Of a stretch of DNA of 64,000 nt, positions 13,701-26,200 are shown in pieces; positions within the stretch are counted from its first letter, which is position 1, and the number at the start of each line of letters is the position of its first letter. The position numbers and the translations under genes are program-made. Where the stretch lies: positions 62,001 through 126,000 of the forward strand of contig OZ037766.1 in the NCBI GenBank assembly GCA_964035545.1, written 5' to 3'. The notes under the pieces were generated by a model. It saw only the letters and a list, made by a program, of their open reading frames with translations. It ran no database searches and had not been told where the DNA came from. This DNA comes from Bugula neritina. Taxonomy: Eukaryota; Animalia; Bryozoa.

Positions 13701-14974
13701 TTATCACACGAGTACTCCTTATCATTCAGTTAATCTGTTACTATGGTAACAGATTTTATCTGCCAAATTTAAACAAGTAAACTACAGTTATGTAGACAGG
13801 TATATACTATGAGTATAGACACTGAAATAGTAGGCAACTAGTCACCCCATGAGTAAATGTCGAATTCTATCCGCATGATGTTTACAATGAAGACCGAATC
13901 ATCCCCTTGGTATGTATAGTCAGTGGATGAGAAGTAGAGGTAGTTATCAACAATGACTATCGCAGCCATGTTGTCTGCCTGACAGGAAGGAATGCTCAGC
14001 TCCCAGTGTTGGTTATAGCCACACAAATTAAATAAAGGTTTACTTTGCTGGAAGAGGTCACTGATAGAGATAGTATCTGACCCGTATTCGTCAGACACCA
14101 AAAAGATTCCATCCTGAGACGCTAGGCCATGTGGTCGAGTGACTGCAAACCCAGACATCTTCGTTTTTGCACCACCTTTTGAAATATTGTAGATTCCAGA
14201 AAAGCTAGAAACAACAAAAGAAGAAGTGTAGTCATCATAAAGGAAATCGTTTGCCAAAGAACCGACATTGTAAAAAATGTTTGTCTCAAGCGTCTTCAAG
14301 TTTTTAGAAACTATCACCGATGAGTGGTCAATGGTGTCAAGAATGAAGACAGAGTGTTTTCCATCTGACAAGAGTTTAGCGGGAGAGTTGAATGTTTCCC
14401 ACGCCCTATAAGAAGTGCTGTCATATTCTCTGATAAAATTGCAACGACCAGCAAACTGCGAGACTGTCCCAGACGTTCGGTTAAACTGACGGACACACTG
14501 GTTCTTCCGGTCTGAGATTAAAATAAAGTTGGAGCTCAACTGGACAAACCCAGCAGCTAGTTTGAAACGAGCTGAAGTTGAAGGACCATTTGCATTTCCT
14601 CTGACATCACTTCCGGCTAAGACAGTTGCTATGCCATTGCTGTCGATGCTGTACAGACCATTCCCAATCGTTGCCAGGAAGTTTAAAGGAAATTTCTTGT
14701 CTCTCTGAATAGAAGTCAAAGCGAAGTTGTCCCATGATTCGTCTGCACCTTGCACGTGAACAACTGAACAAAAGTTCTGAACTTCAGGTCCAATGGTGAC
14801 TCTACCAATCGCCTCACCGAGCACCAAGCTAGAAAAGCACATGCATACATGGTGAATGAACCAACACCACGTATTTGTACCGAGTAATCAAGTGACTGCT
14901 GCACTGCTGGAAAGTACTAACCTCAAAGGGTAGAAAGCCACAATTATAGCCGTCAAAGCAAACAAATGATCCAT
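10796..14974 (-). CDS. Type I membrane protein, ~467 aa: signal peptide, NHL-repeat/beta-propeller ectodomain, S/T/P stalk, TM helix, Tyr/PY-motif cytoplasmic tail
   Basis: Exons 14974-14922, 14828-13846, 13678-13598, 12291-12185, 11503-11368, 10839-10796, phase-consistent. Signal MDHLFALTAIIVAFYPLSLVLG; NHL-like motif LAGSDVRGNANGPSTSARF...ILISDRKNQCVR; TM AAIIVPALLLVAGKIALIGWCIV followed by RRRRR; tail ends APPSYELSVSNI*. AATAAA (minus) at 10661-10666. A 5'UTR acceptor at 14991 has a TACTAAC branch point at 15033-15039. Confidence 0.72.
11545..12172. repeat. 44-bp minisatellite
   Basis: About 14 units of TTCTATAGCACATAGTGACACCATGTTACAGGTAGATTAGCACT in a receptor-gene intron. Confidence 0.95.
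12352..13155. repeat. 19-bp minisatellite (ACATTACACACTACACTGT)
   Basis: Tandem array in a receptor-gene intron. Confidence 0.95.
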
Positions 14975-15277
14975 ATTGACATCTAACTTCCTGTTAGAGG
15001 GCTGCAAATAACAGAAGTATACCATCTGCTTCAGTTAGTACGTAATTCCTTTATACTACTGAGAGTATTATAGTGTAGCAGTAAAGTCAGGAGTTTAATA
15101 GCACGCCTCTGCTATACTTCACATCCGTATATTATTCATGTTCAAGCTGCATGCATTTACTTCTTCAATGACTTGGATATAATACTTCGAAGTCTCTCAT
15201 TTAAACGAACAATAAGTCAACCTAATTATAAACTACAGCTATTTTCTAGAATTAACAAGTTTTATTCTACTGTTGGA

Positions 15278-16180
15278 ACTTACAGTAAGTTACTACTTAT
15301 AACTTACTGTAAGTTACTACTTATAACTTACAGTAAGCCACTACTTATAACTTACAGTAAGTAACTACTTATAACTTACAGTAAGTCACTACTTATAACT
15401 TACAGTAAGCCACTACTTATAACTTACAGTAAGTCACTACTTATAACTTACAGTAAGTTACTACTTATAACTTACAGTAAGTAACTACTTATAACTTACA
15501 GTAAGTTACTACTTATAACTTACAGTAGGTTACTACTTATAACTTACAGTAAGTAACTACTTATAACTTACAGTAAGTCACTACTTATAACTTACAGTAA
15601 GTTATTACTTATAACTTACAGTAAGTTACTACTTATAACTTACAGTAAGTAACTACTTATAACTTACAGTAAGTCACTACTTATAACTTACAGTAAGTTA
15701 CTACTTATAACTTACAGTAAGTAACTACTTATAACTTACAGTAAGTCACTACTTATAACTTACAGTAAGTTATTACTTATAACTTACAGTAAGTAACTAC
15801 TTATAACTTACAGTAAGTCACTACTTATAACTTACAGTAAGTTACTACTTATAACTTACAGTAAGTAACTACTTATAACTTACAGTAAGTCACTACTTAT
15901 AACTTACAGTAAGTTATTACTTATAACTTACAGTAAGTAACTACTTATAACTTACAGTAAGTCACTACTTATAACTTACAGTAAGTCACTACTTATAACT
16001 TACAGTAAGTTACTACTTATAACTTACAGTAAGTAACTACTTATAACTTACAGTAAGTCACTACTTATAACTTACAGTAAGTTATTACTTATAACTTACA
16101 GTAAGTCACTACTTATAACTTACAGTAAGTTACTACTTATAACTTACAGTAAGTTACTTCTTATAACTTACAGTAAGTAA
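15278..16180. repeat. 24-bp quasi-palindromic minisatellite (CTTACAGTAAGTTACTACTTATAA)
   Basis: About 37 units; the core ACTTACAGTAAGT reads GTAAGT on both strands. Confidence 0.95.
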
Positions 16181-16552
16181 GTCCCTCTTTATAACTTGCA
16201 ATTAATTTCTAGAACTTAGAGCCTCCTGCAGGTAAGACGAAATGAGCTGGTGTGTGGCAATGTTGAGAGTAACAGTTTGCACTGCTGATCTTATCTGATA
16301 GTCCTAATCAGCACCTACTGTGATATGGTGTACATATCTCAGCTTCAATACGGGATATGAAATATTCCCAACATTGTCTTAACCAAAACAAAGTCAGTTG
16401 CAGATAGAGAGTGTAAAGGGCAGTTAGACTGAAAGATTTGAAGATATGTCTAAGCTGGTATCAGATGTCAAAAATATATCATTATTTTAGTTTCTGTTGG
16501 GCTATATTGACAGGTATTTATATGATGAGGGAATAATTTGGGTTTTTGCATG

Positions 16553-17030
16553 TTGTAATATATGGTGTAATATATGGTGTAATATATGGTGTAATATATG
16601 GTATAATATATGGTGTAATACATGGTGTAATATATGGTGTAATACATGGTGTAATATATGGTGTAATATATGGTATAATATATAGTGTAATATATGGTGT
16701 AATATATGGTGTAATATATGGTGTAATATATAGTGTAATATATGGTGTGATATATGGTGTGATATATAGTGTAATATATGGTGTAATATATGGTGTAATA
16801 TATGGTGTAATATATAGTGTAATATATGGTGTGATATATGGTGTAATATATGGTATAATACATGGTGTAATATATGGTGTAATATATAGTGTAATATATG
16901 GTGTGATATATGGTGTGATATATAGTGTAATATATGGTGTAATATATGGTGTAATATATAGTGTAATATATAGTGTAATATATGGTGTAATATACGGTGT
17001 AATATATGGTGTAATACATGTTGTAATATA
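16553..17030. repeat. 12-bp minisatellite (GTGTAATATATG)
   Basis: Intergenic array between CSRP and the receptor gene. Confidence 0.95.
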
Positions 17031-17263
17031 TTAAGTCATACATGCATTAAGAGATAGTTCAGACATCAGAGCAAACTGCAATACTCTGAGGAAAAATGGT
17101 TCTTTGAAGTTTAATTTGTTTATCATTATATTTATTCATCATATATATACGTATATATATCAAATAGAAGTATATGAAAGAAAACAACGGAAAGAATAAA
17201 GAGCTGAAAATATGCAGAGATTAGCAAAGAACAGCAGAAAAGCTTCACAGATGGAAATAGTTC

Positions 17264-20200
17264 TCAGCAGAAACTGCTGATTACTTGTAGCTTCAAGTGT
17301 CCAATCAGAAGAGAGATAAGAGGCAAGAGGCATGCTCCTGAGAGGCTGTTATGTGAGCTCCCTGAAATAACAAACAGACTACAGTAACCATAGCAACACA
17401 GCAGCCATAGCAACACAGTAACCATAGTAACACAGTAACCATAGTAACACAGTAACCCTAATAACACAGTAAGCATAGTAACACAGTAACCATAGCAATA
17501 CAGTAACCATAGCAATACAGTAACTGCAGTAACCAAAGTAATACAGTTATCATAGTAATACAGTAACCATAGTAACACAGTAACATAGTAACAATAGTAA
17601 CTGCAGTAACCACAGTAATACAGTAACCGTAGTAACACAGTAACCACAGTAACACAGTAACCATAGTAACACAGTAACCATAGTAACACAGTAACTATAG
17701 TAACACAGTAACAATAGTATGTAATTGTAGCAACCAGTAATCTAGCCACACACCATAGCAACCAGTAAGTTATGTGAACACATGGTATAGTAACAGAAGG
17801 ATCTAGCAGTATCTCAGTATAAGGTGATATAAGAGACATTGTAATGTATAAAGTATATAGTATATAGTAACCTTACACGCAAGCTGTTTCCATCCAATTA
17901 CCTGAAATATATTTTATTGCCAGTAAATCAGCCCTACATTGTTTCAGATTACCTGTCTTGTATATTACATAATATATTGTGTATTATATACGATATATAC
18001 TGAGTATTATATACTATACATGTATATTATACTGTGTACTACATTCTATATATACTGTGTATTATATACTATATATACTGTGTATTATATACTATACATA
18101 CTGGGTATTATATACTATATATACTGTGTATTATATACTATATACACTGTGTATTATATACTATATATCCTGTGTATTATATACTATATACACTGTGTAT
18201 TATATACTATATATACTGTGTATTATATACTATATACACTGTGTATTATATACTATATACACTGTGTATTATATTCTATATATCCTGTGTATTATATACT
18301 ATATATACTGGGCATTACATACTATACACTTACCTGGAATGGTACATACTATACACTTACCTGGAGTGGTACATACTATACACTTACCTGGAGTGGTACA
18401 TACTATACACTTACCTGGAGTGGTACATACTATACACTTACCTGGAGTGGTACATACTATACACTTACCTGAAGTGGTACATACTATACACTCACCTGAA
18501 GTGGTACATACTATACACTCACCTGGAGTGGTACATACTATACACTTACCTGGAGTGGTACATACTATACACTTACCTGAGGTGGTACATACTATACACT
18601 TACCTGAGGTGTAAGTACACACGCCCTCATCAACTGATCTGTATTTACTTTCAAGTTTATTCGGATTAAAATTTTTCATGAGACTTTGAGGGTCTTCAGC
18701 TGCAATTATAGCATAGTATACTCAAGTACTACTCAGTAGAGTATAGCACTACTCAAGTACTACTCAATAGAGTATAACACTACTCAAGTACTACTCAGTA
18801 GAGTATAACACTACTCAAGTACTACTCAATAGAGTATAACACTACTCAAGTACTACTCAGTAGAGTATAACACTACTCAAGTACTACTCAGTAGAGTGTA
18901 ACACTACTCGAGTACTACTCAGTAGAGTATAACACTACTCAAGTACTACTCAGTAGAGTATAACACTACTCAAGTACTACTCAGTAGAGTATAACACTAC
19001 TCAAGTACTACTCAGTAGAGTATAACACTACTCGAGTACTACTCAAGGAGTTAAACTCACCCGTGAAGTGTACGTTGACCTGAGTACAATCTCCCAACTC
19101 TGTTCCAGGTTTCACGTATATGTTGTAATAGTCTGAGGAGCTCATCTGGTCCTCAATAGCTTCCTGTAGGTCACTCCTGAGAGAGAGAGCACAGGCTATC
19201 ACCTGACCTCTACATACACTAACCTCTACACACACTGACCTCTACATACACTGAACTCTACATACACTGATCTCTACACACTGACCTCTACACACACTCA
19301 CCTCTACATACACTGAACTCTACACACACTGACCTCTACATACACTGAACTCTACACACAGACACATCAGACAAACTACTACGGAAGCTGTTAGACTCAC
19401 ATGGTCATGGTGTCATCTGTCAGCACATAGTACTGCATAGTTTGAGTTAACTGACCAATGGGAGTGAGGTCAGCACACGCTACTCTAGCAGCACCTTTCT
19501 CGGCAGCATGAATTACAATGGAACGTCCCATGACTGTATAATGATATAATACAGTAATAGTATAATATATTACAGTGTTAGTAGTACTAGTAATATAATA
19601 TAACACAGTGTGAGTAGTATTAGTAATATAATACAGTGTTAGTAGTACTAGTAATATAGTATAATAAAGTGTTAGTAGTACTAGTAATATAGTATAATAC
19701 AGTGCTAGTAGTACTAGTAATATAGTATAATACAGTGCTAGTAGTATTAGTAATATAGTATAATACAGTGCTAGTAGTACTAGTATATATAATATAATGC
19801 AGTGCTAGTAGTCACCTGAAAACTTCCCAGACAAAGAAAGGAAGTTGTCATTGAACACATATCTAGTCGGGGAGTCTTTAGTGCCGATATCCACAGTGCC
19901 TAGCTTTGATGACAGGTCCCCAACCTCACACTTCATAGGGGTCTCAGTTCCACAGTCTGCATAACTCTAAAAACAAACACGGTCTGCATACATTTCACTC
20001 TGTTACTCTGAGTCATAATACTCTGTTACTATGAGTCATAATACTCTGTTACTTTGAGTCACAATACTCTGTTACTTTGAGTCACAATACTCTGTTACTT
20101 TGAGTCACAATACTCTGTTACTTTGAGTCACAATACTCTGTTACTTTGAGTCACAATACTCTGTTACTGTGAGTCATACTACTCTGTTACTATGAGTCAT

Positions 20201-23200
20201 ATTACTCTGTTACTACGAGTCATAATACTCTGTTACTATGAGTCACAATACTATGTTACTATGAGTCATAATACTCTGTTACTCTGTTAGTGTAAGTCAA
20301 CATCCATACACAGAGCCCTGGAATCCTAAGTGTCACAAAATACTAGAGAAAGAGTAGCCTGAGATTACCAAAGCTGTGACGTCTTTGAGGAAGGGGTTAT
20401 AGTGACCGCCCGCAGACAGACAGTCTGAACCTTGCACATACGTTTCATGAACATGCCAGTTATGATTGTAGGTGGCATCACCATTTGTATTCCACAGCAT
20501 CATCACAATGTTCAGCTCACTCTTTCCATCTGATGCCGTGACTTGCGACTGTAACCACAAATTAACATCATAACATTGTCTGCAATAGTTGATTACTAGT
20601 CACTTTCAACTCAACAGTGACCTGTGGTCAACTCAACAGTGACCTGTGGTCAACTCAACAGTGACCTGTGGTCAACTCAACAGTGACCTGTGGTACAGGT
20701 ATAGACTATACCAGAGTTATCTCGCCCTGAATGTCTCCTGTGAATGTAGCCTTAGCTGCCACTAGAGTCCCGCCCATAGCCTGAGTGTCCCACGTCATGT
20801 CCGAGCATTTCCACCTGGGAGCCGACTCAGTCGCCTCGTGTATCACCAAACTCCGACCCACCACGGAGTAGATCCCGGTGAGGGGCAGATTCGTGTCTTC
20901 TGCTGCCAGCTGGTAATTGGTAAGCCCCGTCAGCATTCCAAACTTGCTGGAGAGGTCAGCGACCTCATACTTGTCCAGTGAGTCAGCTGAGCCCCACTCC
21001 TTGATTCCTGAGAGATTACATAATATATTACATAATATAGTAACTGTATAATATACAGGTGAGATATTACATAATATAGTAACTGTATAGTATACAGGTG
21101 AGAGATTACATAATATAGTAACTGTATAGTATACAGGTGAGAGATTACATAATATAGTAACTGTATAGTATACAGGTGAGATATTACATAATATAGTAAC
21201 TGTATAGTATACAGGTGAGAGATTACATAATATAGTAACTGTATAGTATACAGGTGAGATGTTACATAATATAGTAGCTGTATAGTATACAGGTGAGATA
21301 TTACATAATATAGTAACTGTATAATATACAGGTGAGATGTTACATAATATAGTAACTGTATAGTATACAGGTGAGAGATTACATAATATAGTAACTGTAT
21401 AGTATACAGGTGAGAGATTACATAATATAGTAGCTGTATAGTATACATGTGAGAGATTACATAATATAGTAACTGTATAGTATACAGGTGAGAGATTACA
21501 TAATATAGTAACTGTATAGTATACATGTGAGAGATTACATAATATAGTAACTGTATAGTATACAGGTGAGAGATTACATAATATAGTAGCTGTATAGTAT
21601 ACAGGTGAGAGATTACATAATATAGTAGCTGTATAGTATACAGGTGAGATATTACATAATATAGTAACTGTATAGTATACATGTGAGAGATTACATAATA
21701 TAGTAACTGTATAGTATACAGGTGAGAGAGATTACATAATATAGTAGCTGTATAGTATACAGGTGAGAGATTACATAATATAGTAACTGTATAGTATACA
21801 GGTGAGAGATTACATAATATAGTAACTGTATAGTATACAGGTGAGATATTACATAATATAGTAACTGTATAGTATACAGGTGAGAGATTACATAATATAG
21901 TAACTGTATAGTATACAGGTGAGATGTTACATAATATAGTAGCTGTATAGTATACAGGTGAGATATTACATAATATAGTAACTGTATAATATACAGGTGA
22001 GATGTTACATAATATAGTAACTGTATAGTATACAGGTGAGATATTACATAATATAGTAACTGTATAGTATACAGGTGAGAGATTACATAATATAGTAACT
22101 GTATAGTATACAGGTGAGAGATTACATAATATAGTAGCTGTATAGTATACAGGTGAGATATTACATAATATAGTAACTGTATAGTATACATGTGAGAGAT
22201 TACATAATATAGTAACTGTATAGTATACAGGTGAGAGAGATTACATAATATAGTAGCTGTATAGTATACAGGTGAGAGATTACATAATATAGTAACTGTA
22301 TAGTATACAGGTGAGAGATTACATAATATAGTAACTGTATAGTATACAGGTGAGATATTACATAATATAGTAACTGTATAGTATACAGGTGAGAGATTAC
22401 ATAATATAGTAACTGTATAGTATACAGGTGAGATGTTACATAATATAGTAGCTGTATAGTATACAGGTGAGATATTACATAATATAGTAACTGTATAATA
22501 TACAGGTGAGATGTTACATAATATAGTAACTGTATAGTATACAGGTGAGAGATTACATAATATAGTAACTGTATAGTATACAGGTGAGAGATTACATAAT
22601 ATAGTAGCTGTATAGTATACAGGTGAGAGATTACATAATATAGTAACTGTATAGTATACAGGTGAGAGATTACATAATATAGTAACTTTATAGTATACCT
22701 GTGAGAGATTACATAATATAGTAACTGTATAGTATACAGGTGAGAGATTACATAATATAGTAGCTGTATAGTATACAGGTGAGATATTACATAATATAGT
22801 AACTGTATAGTATACATGTGAGAGATTACATAATATAGTAACTGTATAGTATACAGGTGAGAGAGATTACATAATATAGTAGCTGTATAGTATACAGGTG
22901 AGATATTACATAATATAGTAACTGTATAGTATACATGTGAGAGATTACATAATATAGTAACTGTATAGTATACAGGTGAGAGATTACATAATATAGTAAC
23001 TGTATAGTATACAGGTGTTGAGAGAGGAAGAGAGTAAGGGTGACAGTACCGTAGGGGTTAAAGTGTGCTGCCGTGGAAAGACATCTGCTGCTGTCAGACT
23101 GTGAAAGGTCAACAGGAAGCTCGTGGATATGATAACCTCCGGCACGACCTTTGATTAAGGAGTTGAACTCTACCGACAGGGAAGTGATGTCAGAGGCAAA

Positions 23201-26200
23201 GCCAGAGGAACTCATCTTTACGTAATCGTTAGAGACTTCATCTCCATCCACCCCGTACCAGTAGATTTGGTTGGAGAGAACTGGGGCTAACTGTGAATTT
23301 AATATGTACAGTATGTATATACTTACCTTACAGTATGTATGTACTTACCTTACAATATGTATGTACTTACCTTACAGTATGTACTTACCTTACAGTATGC
23401 ATGTACTTACCTTACAGTATGCATGTACTTACCTTACAATATGCATGTACTTACCTTACAATATGTATGTACTTACCTTACAGTATGTATGTACTTACCT
23501 TACAGTATGTATGTACTTACCTTACAGTATGTATGTACTTACCTTACAGTATGTATGTACTTACCTTACAGTATGTATGTACTTACCTTACAGTATGTAT
23601 GTACTTACCTTACAGTATGTATGTACTTACCTTACAGTATGTACTTACCTTACAGTATGTATGTACTTACCTTACAGTATGTACTTACCCTACAGTATGT
23701 ATGTACCTACCTTGCAGTATGTATGTACTTACCTTACAGTATGTATGTACTTACCTTACAGTATGTTTGTACTTACCTTACAGTATGTATGTACTTACCT
23801 TACAGTATGTTTGTACTTACCTTACAGTATGTATGTACTTACCTTACAGTATGTTTGTACTTACCTTACAGTATGTATGTACTTACCTTACAGTATGTAC
23901 ATACTTACCTTACAGTATGTAGGTACTTACCTTACAGTATGTATGTACTTATCTTACAGTATGTATGTACTTACCTTACAGTATGTATGTACTTACCTTG
24001 CAGTATGTATATACTTACCTTACAGTATGTATGTACTTACCTTCCTCACAATGTCAGCACACACATATCTGGCAGCGGCCTGGTCAGCCTGGTGTATGGT
24101 GAGAGATCGACCTATCACAGAGTAGGAACCAGAAAGAGGCAGCTGGTCGGTGAAGAGATATCGGGAGACGGAGGGACTGCTAGGAATGTCTATAGTCTGG
24201 TTATACTTGTTGTTGAGATCCCCGACTTCGCAGGCCTGAGGGTGGGCGTCGCACACCGTGCTGTATAACCCTGCGTCTGAATGTAAGAGTATAGTGAGCT
24301 AAGGCTATGTGAGATACTGAGGCTATGTGAGATACTGAGGCTATGTGAGATACTGAGGCTATGTGAGATACTGAGGCTATGTGAGATACTGAGGCTATGT
24401 GAGATACTGTGGCTATGTGAGATACTGAGGCTATGTGAGATACTGAGGCTATGTGAGATACTGAGGTTATGTGAGGTACTGAAGCTATGTGAGATACTGA
24501 GGCTATGTGAGATACTGAGGCTATGTGAGATACTGAGGCTATGTGAGATACTGAGGTTATGTGAGGTACTGAAGCTATGTGAGATACTGAGGCTATGTGA
24601 GATACTGAGGCTATGTGAGATACTGAGGCTATGTGAGATACTGAGGTTATGTGAGGTACTGAAGCTATGTGAGATACTGAGGCTATGTGAGGTACTGAAG
24701 CTATGTGAGATACTGAGGCTATGTGAGATACTGAGGCTATGTGAGATACTGAGGCTATGTGAGATACTGAGGCTATGTGAGATACTGAGGCTATGTGAGA
24801 TACTGAGGCTATGTGAGATACTGTGGCTATGTGAGATACTGAGGCTATGTGAGATACTGAGGCTATGTGAGGTACTGAGGCTATGTGAGATACTGAGGCT
24901 ATGTGAGGTAGTGAGGCTATGTGAGATACTGAGGCATTACTGGAGTAGTGGTGGCAGAATAAAGTTGCGTTTACACCTCTACTGAAAAAAGTACCGAGTT
25001 TCAGTTAATAACACTCGTTCGAGTACTTCTTTATAGTCTTACTGAAACTCGGTGAAATTATATTGATGAGGAAGCTTGTTTTCTAAAAGTGAAATATGAC
25101 TCGCCTAATCGCTATTTGATGCCCTTTCAAAACGTCATGCATTAGTGAAGTTGACAGCATAAAAGCGATAATTGAGAAAGCGTAGGCGGTATGATTGCTA
25201 ACATATAAGTACATCATCTAATCGCCAGAGTGATAATTAAATACTAATATTTACAAGGAGTTATTACTTATTTTGAGTATTATTCTGAACTTGGCCGATT
25301 AAGTTATCACAGTACAAAAATTTTGATGAGTGGCTTTTACAATGAAATACAACTTAAAGAAATTTTAACTTGGCTAAATTGAATTTCTGACTGAAAATCG
25401 TGAAGGTATAAACGCAACTTAACAACTGGAGTGAATTACTCCATTACACGAGTATTGTACAGCTATATTCATACATGTGAGAGTAGAGTTAAGGCATACA
25501 TATATACCGTCAACAGCTGCTCCAAATGGGTTCCAATGACCTTGAACCGAAAGACATCTACCGTCTGCTGAGAGGTAGTCATCGCCAAGAGGGTTGGTGT
25601 GAATGTGGAAGTTGTGATTCAGAGTGGTTTGGGTTGTCTCCCCTCCATCTGTGAGCTGCACAAACACCGTAGTGTCGGTCCAGGGCTTTTTTTTCTCCTG
25701 GGCAAACGTTACTTTCCCTACAAACAGCCAATGAGATATTCGGTATGACTCATACGGCAGTCTGACAGCTTGTCTAGTATCCACCACTTGTGAGCCCCTA
25801 CTCACCATCTACGTCTCCGCTGAGCTCCGCCTCCGCTACCACCACATCTCCCGGGTAGCCTATGCTGGCACAGACCCACCTGGAGGTGTCTGCTGCGTGG
25901 ATCACCACAGACCGGCCCACAATGCTGTGTTTACCAAACAGTGGCGCGTACAAGTCTGTATATACGGCTCTCAGTTCGTCCAAACCATCTAACATGCCGT
26001 GCTTCCCGCTAATCTCTCCAATCTGCATGATACGTAAGGAGTGTACAGGGGGTAAGGAGTGTACAGGGGGTAAGGAATGTACAGGGGTAAGAAGTGTACA
26101 GGGGGTAAGGAGTGTACAGGGGTCAAGGAGTGTACAGGGGGTATAGAGTGTACAGGGAGTAAGGAGTGTACAGGGAGTAAGGAGTGTACAAGGGGTAAGG

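Noticed and set aside
13838-14842. NHL ORF as a single-exon gene nested in a CSRP intron, with the TM exons belonging to CSRP
   Set aside because: CSRP has its own GPI-type last exon, stop (17264) and poly(A) signal. The NHL ORF has its own signal-peptide exon and splices in phase to the stalk, TM and tail exons.
15050-15055. TATAAA box (minus) upstream of the receptor ATG
   Set aside because: It lies just upstream of a TACTAAC branch point and acceptor (14991), so it is probably inside a 5'UTR intron.
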